A stretch of DNA of 47,940 nucleotides from Acidobacteriota bacterium (GCA_036507075.1 DASXQR010000222.1:1-47940); one strand, 5' to 3'. Shown: positions 9,903 to 19,786, counted from the first letter of the stretch. Notes: generated from the sequence alone by a model not told the origin. Translations and numbers: made by a program.

Positions 9903-10175
9903 TTAGCCTGACAACTGGCCAACGATGACGTGTTTGATTGCCGTGACGACGGCTTCGGGGCTGTGTTCTCCGGCCCCCAGAGTGACATCGATTTCAAATC
10001 TCTGCGGTCCCTTGACAATCATTTTCCATTCAGCATCGCCGTATCTGGACAGGATGATGGCAGTCCAATTGTCCGGCAGAGATTTAAAAGCCTGCTGCAC
10101 GGACGTCCGAATCTGTTGTTCTGCCGCTCGGTTTTCTAAACCGGAGAATTCGATAGTTACCGCCACTTTTCTCAC
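9903..10175 (-). CDS. hypothetical protein (90 aa)
   Basis: Clean ORF in an otherwise unoccupied gap, convergent on the oxidoreductase, globular-looking composition; no family recognised. Confidence 0.55.
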   Translation of the reverse strand: MRKVAVTIEFSGLENRAAEQQIRTSVQQAFKSLPDNWTAIILSRYGDAEWKMIVKGPQRFEIDVTLGAGEHSPEAVVTAIKHVIVGQLSG

Positions 10176-10240
10176 CTCAATTTTGTTAGCCGCTCCTGGA
10201 TATTAGAAGACAACCTCCCCTTCGAGAGCAACTGATCGTT

Positions 10241-10429
10241 AACCGCGAAGGCGCGAAAGCGCGAATTAAGGGAGATTACTTGGCCGGATGGAACTGGGTC
10301 CGAATTTGGGGACTGTCCCCATTTTACTTGGGGACTGTCCCCCATTTTGTGTATGTGGGCTGAAATGTAAGCAGTTCCGGCCACCAGCGAAAACTAGAGG
10401 AATTTGGTTTCGCGCCTTCGCGCCTGCGC
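10241..10429. repeat. element bounded by ACCGCGAAGGCGCGAAAGCGCGAA-type inverted ends, containing two GGGGACTGTCCCC palindromes
   Basis: Left end 10241-10265, degenerate right end 10409-10429, internal palindromes at 10308-10320 and 10330-10342. Confidence 0.65.
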
Positions 10430-10456
10430 ATTGGATTTTTCACCGGGGCCACAGCC

Positions 10457-10516
10457 TTCCGCATTCCCCATTCCCCATTCCCCATTCCGCATTCCGCATT
10501 CCCCATTCCGCATTCG
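10457..10516. repeat. 7-bp tandem array (CATTCCS)
   Basis: ttccgcattccccattccccattccccattccgcattccgcattccccattccgcattcg. Confidence 0.85.
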
Positions 10517-10519
10517 AAC

Positions 10520-13180
10520 TCACTCGCTCCTCCAGTAGGTAAGCTTCACCAGGAAAATATTGTCTCCCCTGGCATCCCACAGCCTTCCGAAAGAGCGGCC
10601 CAGGTTGAATTTGCCGATGTTTTCGGAATCTGAGCGGCTTTGCGTCCAGACAAGATACATCGTCGAGCCCGGCCGGTATTCCCATCGCCAGACGGCGTTT
10701 GCCCGAAGGGACTTAAAGTTGAAGTCCGGATTTGGCAGTTGGATCGGCGCTGCAGGACCGGGGCCGTCCGGATCGGCGAGATAGGTTTTCTCGTCAAACG
10801 TCGAACTCCCGCGGCCGTACAGATTGAAGTCGTAGCTGCGAGGTCGCGCCAGCTCTTTGTACCCATGATAGTCGCCGGCCGAGATCAGGGGCTGGCCGTA
10901 AAACTGAAGGCTGATCTTGGGCGTGAATGTCCAGTTCAGCCGGATGCTGGCCGAAAGCGCTGTTTGTTCCAGTTCAGCGAACACATAACGCTTTCCAAAA
11001 GTAGCCGTTGCCTCCGCGCTGTCGAAGACGTTCACCCACTGGGCACCGTTGTGACTGCGATTCAGGTTCGGTTGAACCGAAAGTGAAAAGTTGCTTGCGG
11101 GCTTCCATTCGACACTGGGACCCGTGCCGACGCCCCTTGACGAACCGTTGGCATATTGTTCTGTAAAGGCTCCCAAACCGAAGACCCACTTTTTCCGGTC
11201 ATCCGTCCGCAAGAACAAATTGGCTTCCCATCCCGGCTGGTTCAACGTCAGGGGGCCGCCGCGTGTAAGCCTGCTGTTCACACTGCCTGCAGGGTTGTAA
11301 GCGAAGATCGACTGGAGACTGTAATAATTGAGAAAGCGCACAGCCCCCAGCAGAAAATATCCCGACCAGATGGTGTTATGGTCAAAGTCATAGCTCCGAA
11401 AAATTGCTCCCAGCGCTTCTGCCGAACGCGTAAAACGCCCCGGTTTGGTCCATCTATATCCGGCGCCCAGGTGCCAGTTGATCACGTCGCCGCGCCATAG
11501 GAATCCGGCGTCGTTGACGTCAAATTTCGGATCGATAAACCCGGCAGCGGAGTTGAGAAAGAAATTGCCTTTCTCTTTGTTCAAGTAAACTCTTCCGGCA
11601 AAGCCGGTAAGGGAAGTGGCCGAAGGGTCCAGCCGGACATGCCTGGCATCGGGCCGTTGGAGATAGTGCTGCGAGTTTTGCTGGAGATCCAGAATTCGCT
11701 GCTGCGTTCCTGTGACGTGGCTCATCCCGGCCCATCCCGCGAGCACCCAGGTCTTTTTGGAGTCTAGGAATTTCCATCCGTCAACACCGAAAGTGTGAGC
11801 GGATGCGTTGATGTCGTCCTTCAGTTCGCCGGTTTCAAAATGCCGGCTGGTGACCGTCGAGATAAAGCCCAGCCCGTGGCGTCCTTCCTTGTATTCCCGC
11901 TGCGCGCGAAAAATCCCGTAGTAGCTTGCCGGTTCAGCGTCGAAATGGAACCGCCGGCCGGACTGATCGGCCTCTCCGATTTCATGATCGGTAAGCGCGT
12001 TAATTGTTCCAATGTTCCACTTTCCGATTTTCCCGGTCAGCTTTCCTGCGCCCACTATGCCCGTGCCCGGCGGAATGTGAGTGAAATCGGCGGAAGGAAC
12101 ATGCCCCTGCGGCGCTCGTCCAATACGGCGTGTATAAAAGAAGTTCGGCTCTCCCCAGTTAAAACCCCAGAAGCTGGTGGCGCCGCCGTGTCCAAAATTA
12201 AAGATATTGGCGCCTTCTATGAAGAAGGGCCGCTTCTCCTCAAAGAATGTTTCCACATCGCTCAGGTTGACCACCGCCGGGTCCACTTCAACCTGCCCGA
12301 AGTCCGGATTGACCGTAGCGTCCAGTGTGAGATTGCTCCCAAAGCCGATCTTCATGTCGGCCCCCGCCGCCGCCGAGTAAAGAGACCCGTCATTGAAGGG
12401 ATCACCGGACTGGTGCTGCGTGTAAGCTGTGCGGGCAGTCATGTATGGCAGGATCTCGATACGTCTGGGCGGTGTGACTTCGGCAATGCCCAACAGATCC
12501 GGAAAACGGGAGACAAAGCCGCTTCCGTTCTTGGGAGTGAAAACCAGATAGTCTTCCTCGTTTTTGCGCGAAATAAAGCGGCGAAAATTCACGCCCCAGA
12601 CGTAGCCGTCCTTTTTCTGGAACCGAAGTTGGGAATACGGGATGCGCATCTCGGCGGTCCATCCCTTGTCATCGATGCGGGCCTTGCCTTCCCACACGCC
12701 GTCCCAGGAGCCGTCCTGCCAACTGTCGTTGTAAAGCGTGCCGTCGCGAATGCATCCGGCAGGATTGATGGAAAAGAAGAATCCGCTGCGCTTGTCATGA
12801 TAGGGATCAACGAAGAACACGAATTCGTCAGTTTCAAGCGCGGCATCGCGCCGGCCCAGCCTCCCCACGATCCGGTCGGGAGTGGAATCGAACATCTGGG
12901 CGCCAATATAGATCGCCGAGTTGTCGTAGGCGATGCGCACCTCGGTCTTTTCGGTAGGCGGCTCCCCCTCCTTCGGGTCTCGCTGCGTGAATTGAGAGAC
13001 CGCCAGTTCGTTCCCCCAAACGGCTTCCGAAAGCACGCCGTCAAGCGTAATGGGCTCCTGCAGGCGCCGCGCTCTGACCAGGAGCTTGGAATCACCTGCG
13101 TTTTCCGCTGCTCCGGCGCGAACTTCCAGCAAAAAGACACTGAACAGCAACGCCGCAGTCAGAGCTTTTCCGATCTTCAT
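10520..13180 (-). CDS. DUF5916 family protein with N-terminal CBM9-like domain (probably outer membrane)
   Basis: Signal peptide MKIGKALTAALL; ITLDGVLSEAVW; GWTAEMRIPYSQLRF; LDATVNPDFGQVEVDPAVVNLS; FFEEKRPFFIEG; terminal FLVKLTYW. Confidence 0.85.
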   Translation of the reverse strand: MKIGKALTAALLFSVFLLEVRAGAAENAGDSKLLVRARRLQEPITLDGVLSEAVWGNELAVSQFTQRDPKEGEPPTEKTEVRIAYDNSAIYIGAQMFDSTPDRIVGRLGRRDAALETDEFVFFVDPYHDKRSGFFFSINPAGCIRDGTLYNDSWQDGSWDGVWEGKARIDDKGWTAEMRIPYSQLRFQKKDGYVWGVNFRRFISRKNEEDYLVFTPKNGSGFVSRFPDLLGIAEVTPPRRIEILPYMTARTAYTQHQSGDPFNDGSLYSAAAGADMKIGFGSNLTLDATVNPDFGQVEVDPAVVNLSDVETFFEEKRPFFIEGANIFNFGHGGATSFWGFNWGEPNFFYTRRIGRAPQGHVPSADFTHIPPGTGIVGAGKLTGKIGKWNIGTINALTDHEIGEADQSGRRFHFDAEPASYYGIFRAQREYKEGRHGLGFISTVTSRHFETGELKDDINASAHTFGVDGWKFLDSKKTWVLAGWAGMSHVTGTQQRILDLQQNSQHYLQRPDARHVRLDPSATSLTGFAGRVYLNKEKGNFFLNSAAGFIDPKFDVNDAGFLWRGDVINWHLGAGYRWTKPGRFTRSAEALGAIFRSYDFDHNTIWSGYFLLGAVRFLNYYSLQSIFAYNPAGSVNSRLTRGGPLTLNQPGWEANLFLRTDDRKKWVFGLGAFTEQYANGSSRGVGTGPSVEWKPASNFSLSVQPNLNRSHNGAQWVNVFDSAEATATFGKRYVFAELEQTALSASIRLNWTFTPKISLQFYGQPLISAGDYHGYKELARPRSYDFNLYGRGSSTFDEKTYLADPDGPGPAAPIQLPNPDFNFKSLRANAVWRWEYRPGSTMYLVWTQSRSDSENIGKFNLGRSFGRLWDARGDNIFLVKLTYWRSE

Positions 13181-13296
13181 AAATTGTCGCCCCGCTGCCG
13201 AGATCCCTGCACTCCGCCCGACGACCACTCTGCGTTAGACGCAGCCGCCGCCTAAAAGGTTCCGGTGTCTGAAGTGTAGTGGGGTTTTCGGTCTAG

Positions 13297-13350
13297 CGAA
13301 GAATCGCGCTCACCACTGGGACAAGCCCGGTGGCGTCGATTTTTTCACAC
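13297..13350 (+). repeat. dispersed hairpin repeat, copy 1 (second copy inverted at 47847-47900)
   Basis: gaagaatcgcgctcaccactgggacaagcccggtggcgtcgattttttcaca is near-identical to the reverse complement of 47847-47900. Confidence 0.8.
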
Positions 13351-13382
13351 GATCCGAGGCGCGGTGCAATGCTGCGGTAGAA

Positions 13383-13454
13383 TTTTCACCACAAAGACAC
13401 GAAGGACACAAAGTCAGTTGAGGCTTCGTGTTCTTGGTGCCTTTGTGGTGAAAA
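13383..13454. repeat. REP-like inverted repeat with about 9-bp periodicity
   Basis: ttttcaccacaaagacacgaaggacacaaag ... cttcgtgttcttggtgcctttgtggtgaaaa. Confidence 0.75.
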
Positions 13455-13481
13455 AGTTCTTACGTGTTTTGTAACGAAGCA

Positions 13482-14444
13482 CTAAGCGAAAATAAGCCTT
13501 TGCAACAGGCGCGGGTGCGGCCGTCGCACATCGAGACGTCGAAGGCCGAGCCCGCGCGCGATCTGCTGCGCCTCGAGAAATTCCGCCTTGCTGACGTGCC
13601 GATTGATCTCAGAATATCGTTCTGAGCTGACTTTGCCGGCGGGATAGTACTGATCCATCAGATTGACGTAAGTTTCCGGGCCCAGCTCCGAGGAGATCCA
13701 CTCCAGAATGGCGCGGGTTTCATCCAGGCCTCTGGGCATGACAAGGTGGCGGATCAGCAGGCCGCGACGCGCCAGACCGTCATCGTCAAAGACCAGCGGT
13801 CCTACCTGATCGTGCATGGCTTTGATGGCGGCGCGAGCCGCATCGGGATAGTTTTCAGCCATCATGTAGGTTCGGCTCTGCTCGGCTGTCCAATACTTAA
13901 AGTCGGGCATGTAGATGTCGACGAGCCCTTCCAGGTGCGCAATGCTCTCGAGAGAATCGTAGGCGCTGGTGTTGTAAACCAGCGGAACGCACAGGCCCTT
14001 CTCGACAGCGGCGGCTACCGCCTCGATCACCTGGGGGACGACATGCTCGGGTGTGACAAAATTGATGTTATGGCAGCCCGACCGCTGGAGTTCCAGCATC
14101 ATGCCGGCCAGTTGGTCGGGAGTGGATCCACCCGTGCCGCGTCCTGCCTTGATGGCCTGGCTGATCTCGTAATTCTGGCAGAAGACGCAGCGCAGATTGC
14201 AGTGGGAAAAGAAGATTGTGCCCGAACCTCTCCATCCGCGAAGACAGTCTTCTTCGCCGAAGTGCGGGAAATAACTGCCCACGACCGCATATCTGCCTGT
14301 CTTGCAGGCGGCCCATTTGTCTTCCAGGCGGTTGACCCCGCAGTCGCGGGGGCAAGCCCGGCAGTCGGCGAGCATGGCCACGGCCGCTTCCACCCGCCGG
14401 CCCAGCTCGGCTCGATCCAGCGTCAGATATCCCGGTTGGAACAT
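13482..14444 (-). CDS. radical SAM protein, PflX-like (uncharacterised PFL-activase-related family)
   Basis: CRACPRDCGVNR; PHFGEE; GSGTIFFSHCNLRCVFCQNYEISQ (CxxxCxxC); VDIYMPDFKY; start at MFQPGY after the repeat array. Confidence 0.85.
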   Translation of the reverse strand: MFQPGYLTLDRAELGRRVEAAVAMLADCRACPRDCGVNRLEDKWAACKTGRYAVVGSYFPHFGEEDCLRGWRGSGTIFFSHCNLRCVFCQNYEISQAIKAGRGTGGSTPDQLAGMMLELQRSGCHNINFVTPEHVVPQVIEAVAAAVEKGLCVPLVYNTSAYDSLESIAHLEGLVDIYMPDFKYWTAEQSRTYMMAENYPDAARAAIKAMHDQVGPLVFDDDGLARRGLLIRHLVMPRGLDETRAILEWISSELGPETYVNLMDQYYPAGKVSSERYSEINRHVSKAEFLEAQQIARGLGLRRLDVRRPHPRLLQRLIFA

Positions 14445-14572
14445 AAAGTCAAAAGTCGAAAGTCGAAAGTCAAAGGTCAAAAGTCGAAAGTCAAAAGACT
14501 ACGGGCCAAAGCCTTCGATGACTTTCGACTTTCGACCTTCGACATTCGACCTAGTTTCCAGACCTTCGACTT
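14445..14572. repeat. inverted pair of 7-bp tandem arrays (AAAGTCG / CGACTTT)
   Basis: aaagtcaaaagtcgaaagtcgaaagtc... then ...gactttcgactttcgaccttcgac... Confidence 0.85.
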
Positions 14573-14579
14573 TGTTTTA

Positions 14580-17500
14580 TTAGTATGACAATCTCAAACC
14601 GAACTGGATCTGTCTCGGAGATCCGCCCGACGTGATTCTGCCAAAGTCGGCCGCGGTCACGCCGGTGCTGGGCTGGGCAAATTGCGTGGTGTTGAATGCG
14701 TTTTGAAATTCGACCCTGAACTGCAGGTTGACCCTCTCGGAGATGCGGTCGTTTCGATGCAGTCCAATGTCGAAGGTCGTGATTCCCGGCCCTCGCAGAT
14801 CCGGCTGCGTGCGGGAATCGTTTCCCAAAGAAAAGGCCGGGGCTGCTTTAAACGCGGTCGTGTCAAACCAGCGGTCGAGCGTTTGCTCTTTCTTTGGCAG
14901 AACGGGCGACTTGAGCCGCTCTGCATAAGCATTTACTCCCGGCAATTGAGTGCTGCTGGGACTGGAGATAGCCAGCGGGCGGCCGCTCGCCAAAGTTGTA
15001 ATTCCACTGACATCCCAGTTCCCCACCACCCGCCGGGCCCAGCCGTCGCCCAGCCACTTCCTTCCCGAGCCGAACGGGAGAGCGTAGACATAGTTGATTA
15101 CCAGCAACTGCGGGCGATCGTCTTCGGACAGGGAACGGGAACGCGACAGGTTGTTCGGGTCGATGAACGACGTTCCCGCGCCGAATCTCTCCTGCACATT
15201 GTCGATCAATTTGCTCCCCGTGTAGGAGGCCTGAAACATCAGCCCATGCTCCCACTGCTTCTCCACACGCGCGGTCATGCCGTGGTATATGGAATCGCCC
15301 ACAGGATCGCGGAAGCGCGTCACTGAATCGTAATGCGGGAAGGGTTTCAACAGTTGCGAGCGCCTCACGTTTCTGGATGCGCCTATTCCCGGAATTTTTC
15401 CGAAGAACGGATTCGCCACCAGCTCGTTCAAACCTGGACCGAGCGACAAAAACTCCGTGCTCACGGCGTTGCGCGCGCGGTTGACCCAGATGCGCTGTCC
15501 CCGGCTGCCGACATATGCGATCTCGACAATCAGTCCTGCTTTCAGTGATCGCTGGATATTCAAGTTCCACTGATGATTGTAGGGAGTGACCCAGCTGCGA
15601 AACATAGTCGTCACGCCGCCGCCTACTCCGGTGGTGGGCGGAATGAGGAAGCCCGCCTGGAACGGGTTGGAAAGCGTCGCGCCGGCCGGCGGCGTGTTTG
15701 GAGCCGCCGGAGGCTGGCCCAGGAAAATGCCCGTGCTGGCCAGGAATCCGCTTCCCAGGTCACTGGCGCCGGCGCCGATTCCTCCGCTGCCCGGAAAATA
15801 GAACAAACCATATCCGGCGCGCACCACCGTGTCCTTCATGAATTCCCAGGAAAGTCCCGCGCGCGGCGCAAAGTTGTTCCTGTCCGGATCGGACTGGTAG
15901 CGCGAATTTCCATCGCGGCCGACAAACTTCAGGATCCCCTTCTGGCCTGTGTTTGGTTCTGTAGCGTTGGGGTCAAAGAAAGCCAGTTGATTGAATCGGT
16001 CCGTCCAGGGCGTCTGATATTCCCAGCGGATGCCGAGATTGAGCGTCAAATTGCGCATCAGCTTCCAGTCATCCTGGAAATACCAGGCGTAATACCGCTG
16101 CGATGCGGCCAGTGTCGGATCGGCTGTGATCTGCCCGCCCGTAGGAGCGCCCAGCAGGAACGTGGCCACTGAGAAACCGGAAGTGCTTCCTGCCGTGAGC
16201 GGGTCCGGTCCCTGGGTAAAGGTCCGGCCGAACGAGTAGCTCCCCGCGGGGCGTTCCGGACGGAATACGTTAAACGTCATGAACGTGAAGTCGAACCCTG
16301 TTTTCAGCGAATGCACTCCGCGCAGCCAGGTCATGTGGGCCTGCAGTTCTTCAGCGTTTTCCACGTCGCTGAAGTACGACGCGCGGTCCGGCCCGAGCGA
16401 CGCAACATCGGTAACATCAATTCGCGGGAAAAGCAGCGTCTTCCCGTATTCCTTTAATGAAGCAGGCAGCCCGAGGGCCGCGTAATCAAAACCGACGCTG
16501 CGCGGGTTAGTGATATTGTTGAGCCGCGTAAAGCTGCCGCGAAATTCGCCAATCAGCGTCGGGGCAAATGTAACCGTGTCGCTCAACACCGCGGTCCTCG
16601 GATGGTCGTCAATTATACCGTTCTGGCCGTTTGTGCCTTCTCCGGGAAAAGCCGCATTCAGGCCCGGCGAGGAGCGACTGCGGTCGGACCGTCCATAAGT
16701 AAGAAACAGATGCTGCTTGTTTCCGACATTATGGTCGACGCGGAAAAACAACTTCCAGGTGTCGTCTATCCGTGAAGCCGGGAAAACGAAATTTTGTGTG
16801 AGCGTCGGGCGGGTAGGAAGCGGATAGAACTGCAGCATCTTAAGTGTGATCGGATCGAGACGGTTGGCGGGAATCTGATTTCCGGGAAACTGATCTCGAA
16901 TAAACGATCCCTGACGCGCGGGATCGGGCCGCGTCGTGGACGGATCAAAAACCCGGATCAGGGCGTTGCGGCCGTCGACGGTCTGCGAAAAATCGCCCTT
17001 GCGCTGCAGCTCGGTGGGAACCGTGGTGATGAAGTCATCGGGAGAACGTTGTTTGGTCTGTTCCCAGTTGACAAAGAAGAATGTCTTGTCATGCCCGTTG
17101 TAAATCGCCGGCAGATAAACAGGGCCGCCGACGGTAAAACCGTACTCGTTTCTCTTAAAGGGGCTGCGCGGAACCTTTCCTGTCTTTGGATCGGGTGTTC
17201 CGGTCCGGTTGGTGGTCCAACTGTTGGCATTCAGTTTGTCGTTGCGCAAAAACTCATAAATGCTGCCGTGGAGTTCATTGCTGCCGGCACGCGTGGCGGC
17301 AGTTACGACACCGCCGCCCGATCGTCCGAACTCGGCTGCCATGCTGTTGGTGATCACTTTGAATTCCTGCACCACCTCCAGGGGCGGGGTGTAGGCGATG
17401 TCATTGGTCGTGCTGTTGCGCGATTCCGCTCCATCCAGCAGGAATTCCGTGGTATTGGACCTGCCGCCGTTGATGATCGGTCCGGTTCCCGTGTTGCCCC

Positions 17501-17999
17501 GAGGCAAAACCCCTGGAGCAAGCGTCACCAGAGCGTAAGGATTACGGCCGAACAGCGGCAGTTCCAGAAGCTGGAGGCTGCCAACCACGTTGCCCAGTGA
17601 CGCGCTGGAGCGTTCCAACTGTATCGCGCTGGCGGTCACCGTCACGGCGTCGGAGATTTCTCCCGGCTTGAGCGACACGTTTACCGTCGCGATCTGGCCT
17701 ACCTTCAATGAAACGTCAGGCACTCGGGCCTTGCTGAAGCCGGTCAGCTCGACGCTGATCTCGTACTGACCCGGATGCAGGTAAGGAACTCGATACTCGC
17801 CCTCATCATTGGTCACGGTTTCAACAACAGTGCCCGTCCTTAAGTTGGTGACAACCACGCGCGCCCCGGGAATAAGGGCTCCCGACTGGTCGGTCACAGT
17901 CCCGGTAATGGTCGCCTGTTCCACCTGGGCCAATGCCGGGTTTGAAAAACAGCCAAGAAATGCGAGCAGAACGACAAAAAAAGAAAAGCTGCGCTTCAT
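14580..17999 (-). CDS. TonB-dependent receptor (Oar-like)
   Basis: Signal peptide; ATITGTVTDQSGALIPGA; LPLFGRNPYALVTLAPG; YFQDDWK; NNFAPRAG; C-terminal PRQIQFGLRLSY; GAGGT RBS. Confidence 0.92.
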   Translation of the reverse strand: MKRSFSFFVVLLAFLGCFSNPALAQVEQATITGTVTDQSGALIPGARVVVTNLRTGTVVETVTNDEGEYRVPYLHPGQYEISVELTGFSKARVPDVSLKVGQIATVNVSLKPGEISDAVTVTASAIQLERSSASLGNVVGSLQLLELPLFGRNPYALVTLAPGVLPRGNTGTGPIINGGRSNTTEFLLDGAESRNSTTNDIAYTPPLEVVQEFKVITNSMAAEFGRSGGGVVTAATRAGSNELHGSIYEFLRNDKLNANSWTTNRTGTPDPKTGKVPRSPFKRNEYGFTVGGPVYLPAIYNGHDKTFFFVNWEQTKQRSPDDFITTVPTELQRKGDFSQTVDGRNALIRVFDPSTTRPDPARQGSFIRDQFPGNQIPANRLDPITLKMLQFYPLPTRPTLTQNFVFPASRIDDTWKLFFRVDHNVGNKQHLFLTYGRSDRSRSSPGLNAAFPGEGTNGQNGIIDDHPRTAVLSDTVTFAPTLIGEFRGSFTRLNNITNPRSVGFDYAALGLPASLKEYGKTLLFPRIDVTDVASLGPDRASYFSDVENAEELQAHMTWLRGVHSLKTGFDFTFMTFNVFRPERPAGSYSFGRTFTQGPDPLTAGSTSGFSVATFLLGAPTGGQITADPTLAASQRYYAWYFQDDWKLMRNLTLNLGIRWEYQTPWTDRFNQLAFFDPNATEPNTGQKGILKFVGRDGNSRYQSDPDRNNFAPRAGLSWEFMKDTVVRAGYGLFYFPGSGGIGAGASDLGSGFLASTGIFLGQPPAAPNTPPAGATLSNPFQAGFLIPPTTGVGGGVTTMFRSWVTPYNHQWNLNIQRSLKAGLIVEIAYVGSRGQRIWVNRARNAVSTEFLSLGPGLNELVANPFFGKIPGIGASRNVRRSQLLKPFPHYDSVTRFRDPVGDSIYHGMTARVEKQWEHGLMFQASYTGSKLIDNVQERFGAGTSFIDPNNLSRSRSLSEDDRPQLLVINYVYALPFGSGRKWLGDGWARRVVGNWDVSGITTLASGRPLAISSPSSTQLPGVNAYAERLKSPVLPKKEQTLDRWFDTTAFKAAPAFSLGNDSRTQPDLRGPGITTFDIGLHRNDRISERVNLQFRVEFQNAFNTTQFAQPSTGVTAADFGRITSGGSPRQIQFGLRLSY

Positions 18000-18192
18000 C
18001 TAAGCACCTCCGCTGCAGGGATCGTTGGGCGCGCCGGTCGGTTGAGAATGCTCGCGGCGATAATGGTGCTGTGCTGCGAATTCTCACCTCGGGTTTTCAA
18101 GATGGGTCTGCTCCGGAAACGCCAGCGTACCGGTGGCGATTATAACACTCCATTCGTCCGGAAAGCTTTGCCAGCGATAGAATTGGCCCTCC

Positions 18193-18559
18193 ATGGACAT
18201 TGAAATGATTCGCCGGTATTGCTTGTCGCTGCCCCATGCAACGGAAGACATTCAGTGGGGCAGCGATCTTCTGTTCCGCATCGGCGGAAAGATATTCGCA
18301 GTCATCGACATGAGCGGCGAACAGGCGGGTGGCGTATCTTTTAAATGTGATCCGGAGACATTCGCCGAGTTGATCGAAACGGAAGGCATTCGCCCCCGCC
18401 CCTTACGTGGCCCGCTATCACTGGGTCAAAGTGCAGGACCTGCAAGCTTTAAGCCCCGCCAAATTGCGAAAGCTGATCAGACATTCCTACGATCTGGTGC
18501 TCTCTAAAATCCCGGCAAAGGAATTTACCGCCAAGGCGCGAAAGCGCGAAAAAAACTAG
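18193..18559 (+). CDS. MmcQ/YjbR family protein with a 1-nt frameshift in a C run at about 18393-18397
   Basis: YCLSLPHATEDIQWG..FRIGGKIFA..FKCDPE. Removing one C from cgcccccgcc restores GIRPAPYVARYHWVKV...LIRHSYDLV, ending TAG at 18559. Confidence 0.75.
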
Positions 18560-18600
18560 AGCAATTTTCCTTTCGCGCCTTCGCGCCTTCGCGGTGAATT
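18522..18600. repeat. inverted pair of the ACCGCGAAGGCGCGAAAGCGCGAA repeat family
   Basis: aatttaccgccaaggcgcgaaagcgcgaa ... ttcgcgccttcgcgccttcgcggtgaatt. Confidence 0.8.
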
Positions 18601-19649
18601 TTTCCATGCCTTCTGAGCCGCATTGCGTTAGGCGGCTTCACGCTTTTGGCTACGCGGTTTTCAGCTCTTTCGAGCTCTACTTCCAAAAGATCACCCTTTC
18701 CCAAAAGAGAAAGCGAGGCGAGCGGGAAGGTCAATTGTCGGAAAACCCGGTGCTTTTTATGATGCCGATTGGACGCAGACAGAAGCACCTTCCTCTCCTC
18801 AATGGGCCGAGGCAAGCGCCGGCCTTGGGTGAGCGAATAATGCCGGCTGTTGCAGTAGATCATCGGATCAAAGTAGGTCTTAAGTCTGCAAACCACCAAC
18901 CCGGCCCGCTCAGCCAGACGGCGGATTGTGTGAGGTGTGAACAGATGCACATGGCGTGGCGCATCCAGAGCGAACCAGCACGAACCGTAGAGCTTAAATG
19001 CGGCGCTCTGGATATTGGGTGTACGGAGAACGATCCGTCCCTGGTCTGCGAGAAATTTGGCAGCGGCCCTGAGGACGATGACCGGATCGCGCACGTGCTC
19101 GATGAGGTGACTGATTAAAACCACATCAAATTTCTCGCCCTGTGGCGCATCAAAGATCGTCCCCTCGTGTACCGCCAGACCGCGCGCGCGGCACGCGGCA
19201 CAGGCGCGAGCGTCGTGGTCGATGCCAAACACCTCCCATCCCAGCGCTTGATGACGCGCCATCAAATCACCCGAACCGCAGCCCAGGTCGAGCAGGCGAC
19301 AGGGGCCGCGCGGCTCACAGACGTCACGCATAATCCGGCTGGACAGGAGTTTGAATATCGAGCGCAGCAATCGCGATCCTGTTGAACTTTCTGGCGAGTA
19401 ATAGTGGCGGATTGCCAGTCTCGTCACCCTACTCTTAGGGATGCCGTTGCCGCTCGGCTGGTGAGGCGGATAATCGGGCGGGTAAAGATTACCAATCGCG
19501 TCGCATGCAACCGGCGTCTGGAGCGAAACCAGGCCGCATCGTTTGCAGCGGCAATACTCGTAATCAGCATCCGTGGCTTGCAGTCGATCAAAACCGGTCA
19601 CCAGCCACTGCCAATCATTGGAACCACAGAGAAGGCATGTCTGGTTCAA
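18525..19649 (-). CDS. class I SAM-dependent methyltransferase with N-terminal Cys-pair (Zn-ribbon-like) region
   Basis: CLLC...CKRCG; RLLDLGCGSG; FDVVLISHLIEHVRDP; APRHVHLFT; C-terminal tail is encoded by the repeat. Confidence 0.82.
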   Translation of the reverse strand: MNQTCLLCGSNDWQWLVTGFDRLQATDADYEYCRCKRCGLVSLQTPVACDAIGNLYPPDYPPHQPSGNGIPKSRVTRLAIRHYYSPESSTGSRLLRSIFKLLSSRIMRDVCEPRGPCRLLDLGCGSGDLMARHQALGWEVFGIDHDARACAACRARGLAVHEGTIFDAPQGEKFDVVLISHLIEHVRDPVIVLRAAAKFLADQGRIVLRTPNIQSAAFKLYGSCWFALDAPRHVHLFTPHTIRRLAERAGLVVCRLKTYFDPMIYCNSRHYSLTQGRRLPRPIEERKVLLSASNRHHKKHRVFRQLTFPLASLSLLGKGDLLEVELERAENRVAKSVKPPNAMRLRRHGKIHREGAKARKENCSSFFRAFAPWR

Positions 19650-19677
19650 GAAGAAGCCCTTGTGGCGTTTAAGAAGA

Positions 19678-19767
19678 TGGCGGAGAGGGTGGGATTCGAA
19701 CCCACGTACCCTTTTGGGGTAACTCGATTTCGAGTCGAGCGCGTTACGACCTCTTCGCTACCTCTCC
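19678..19767 (-). tRNA. tRNA-Ser(CGA), CCA encoded
   Basis: GGAGAGG/CCTCTCC acceptor stem, anticodon arm CTCGA-CT-CGA-AA-TCGAG, long variable arm, GTTCGAATC T-loop, G discriminator plus CCA. Confidence 0.95.
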
Positions 19768-19786
19768 GTTCATGTGGCAAGTTGAA

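Noticed and set aside
11795..13255. 486-aa plus-strand ORF
   Set aside because: Antisense shadow of the DUF5916 gene.
13482..14444. Radical SAM gene as maturase for the Cys-rich peptide
   Set aside because: PflX-like family, no SPASM or RRE domain, and 26 kb away.
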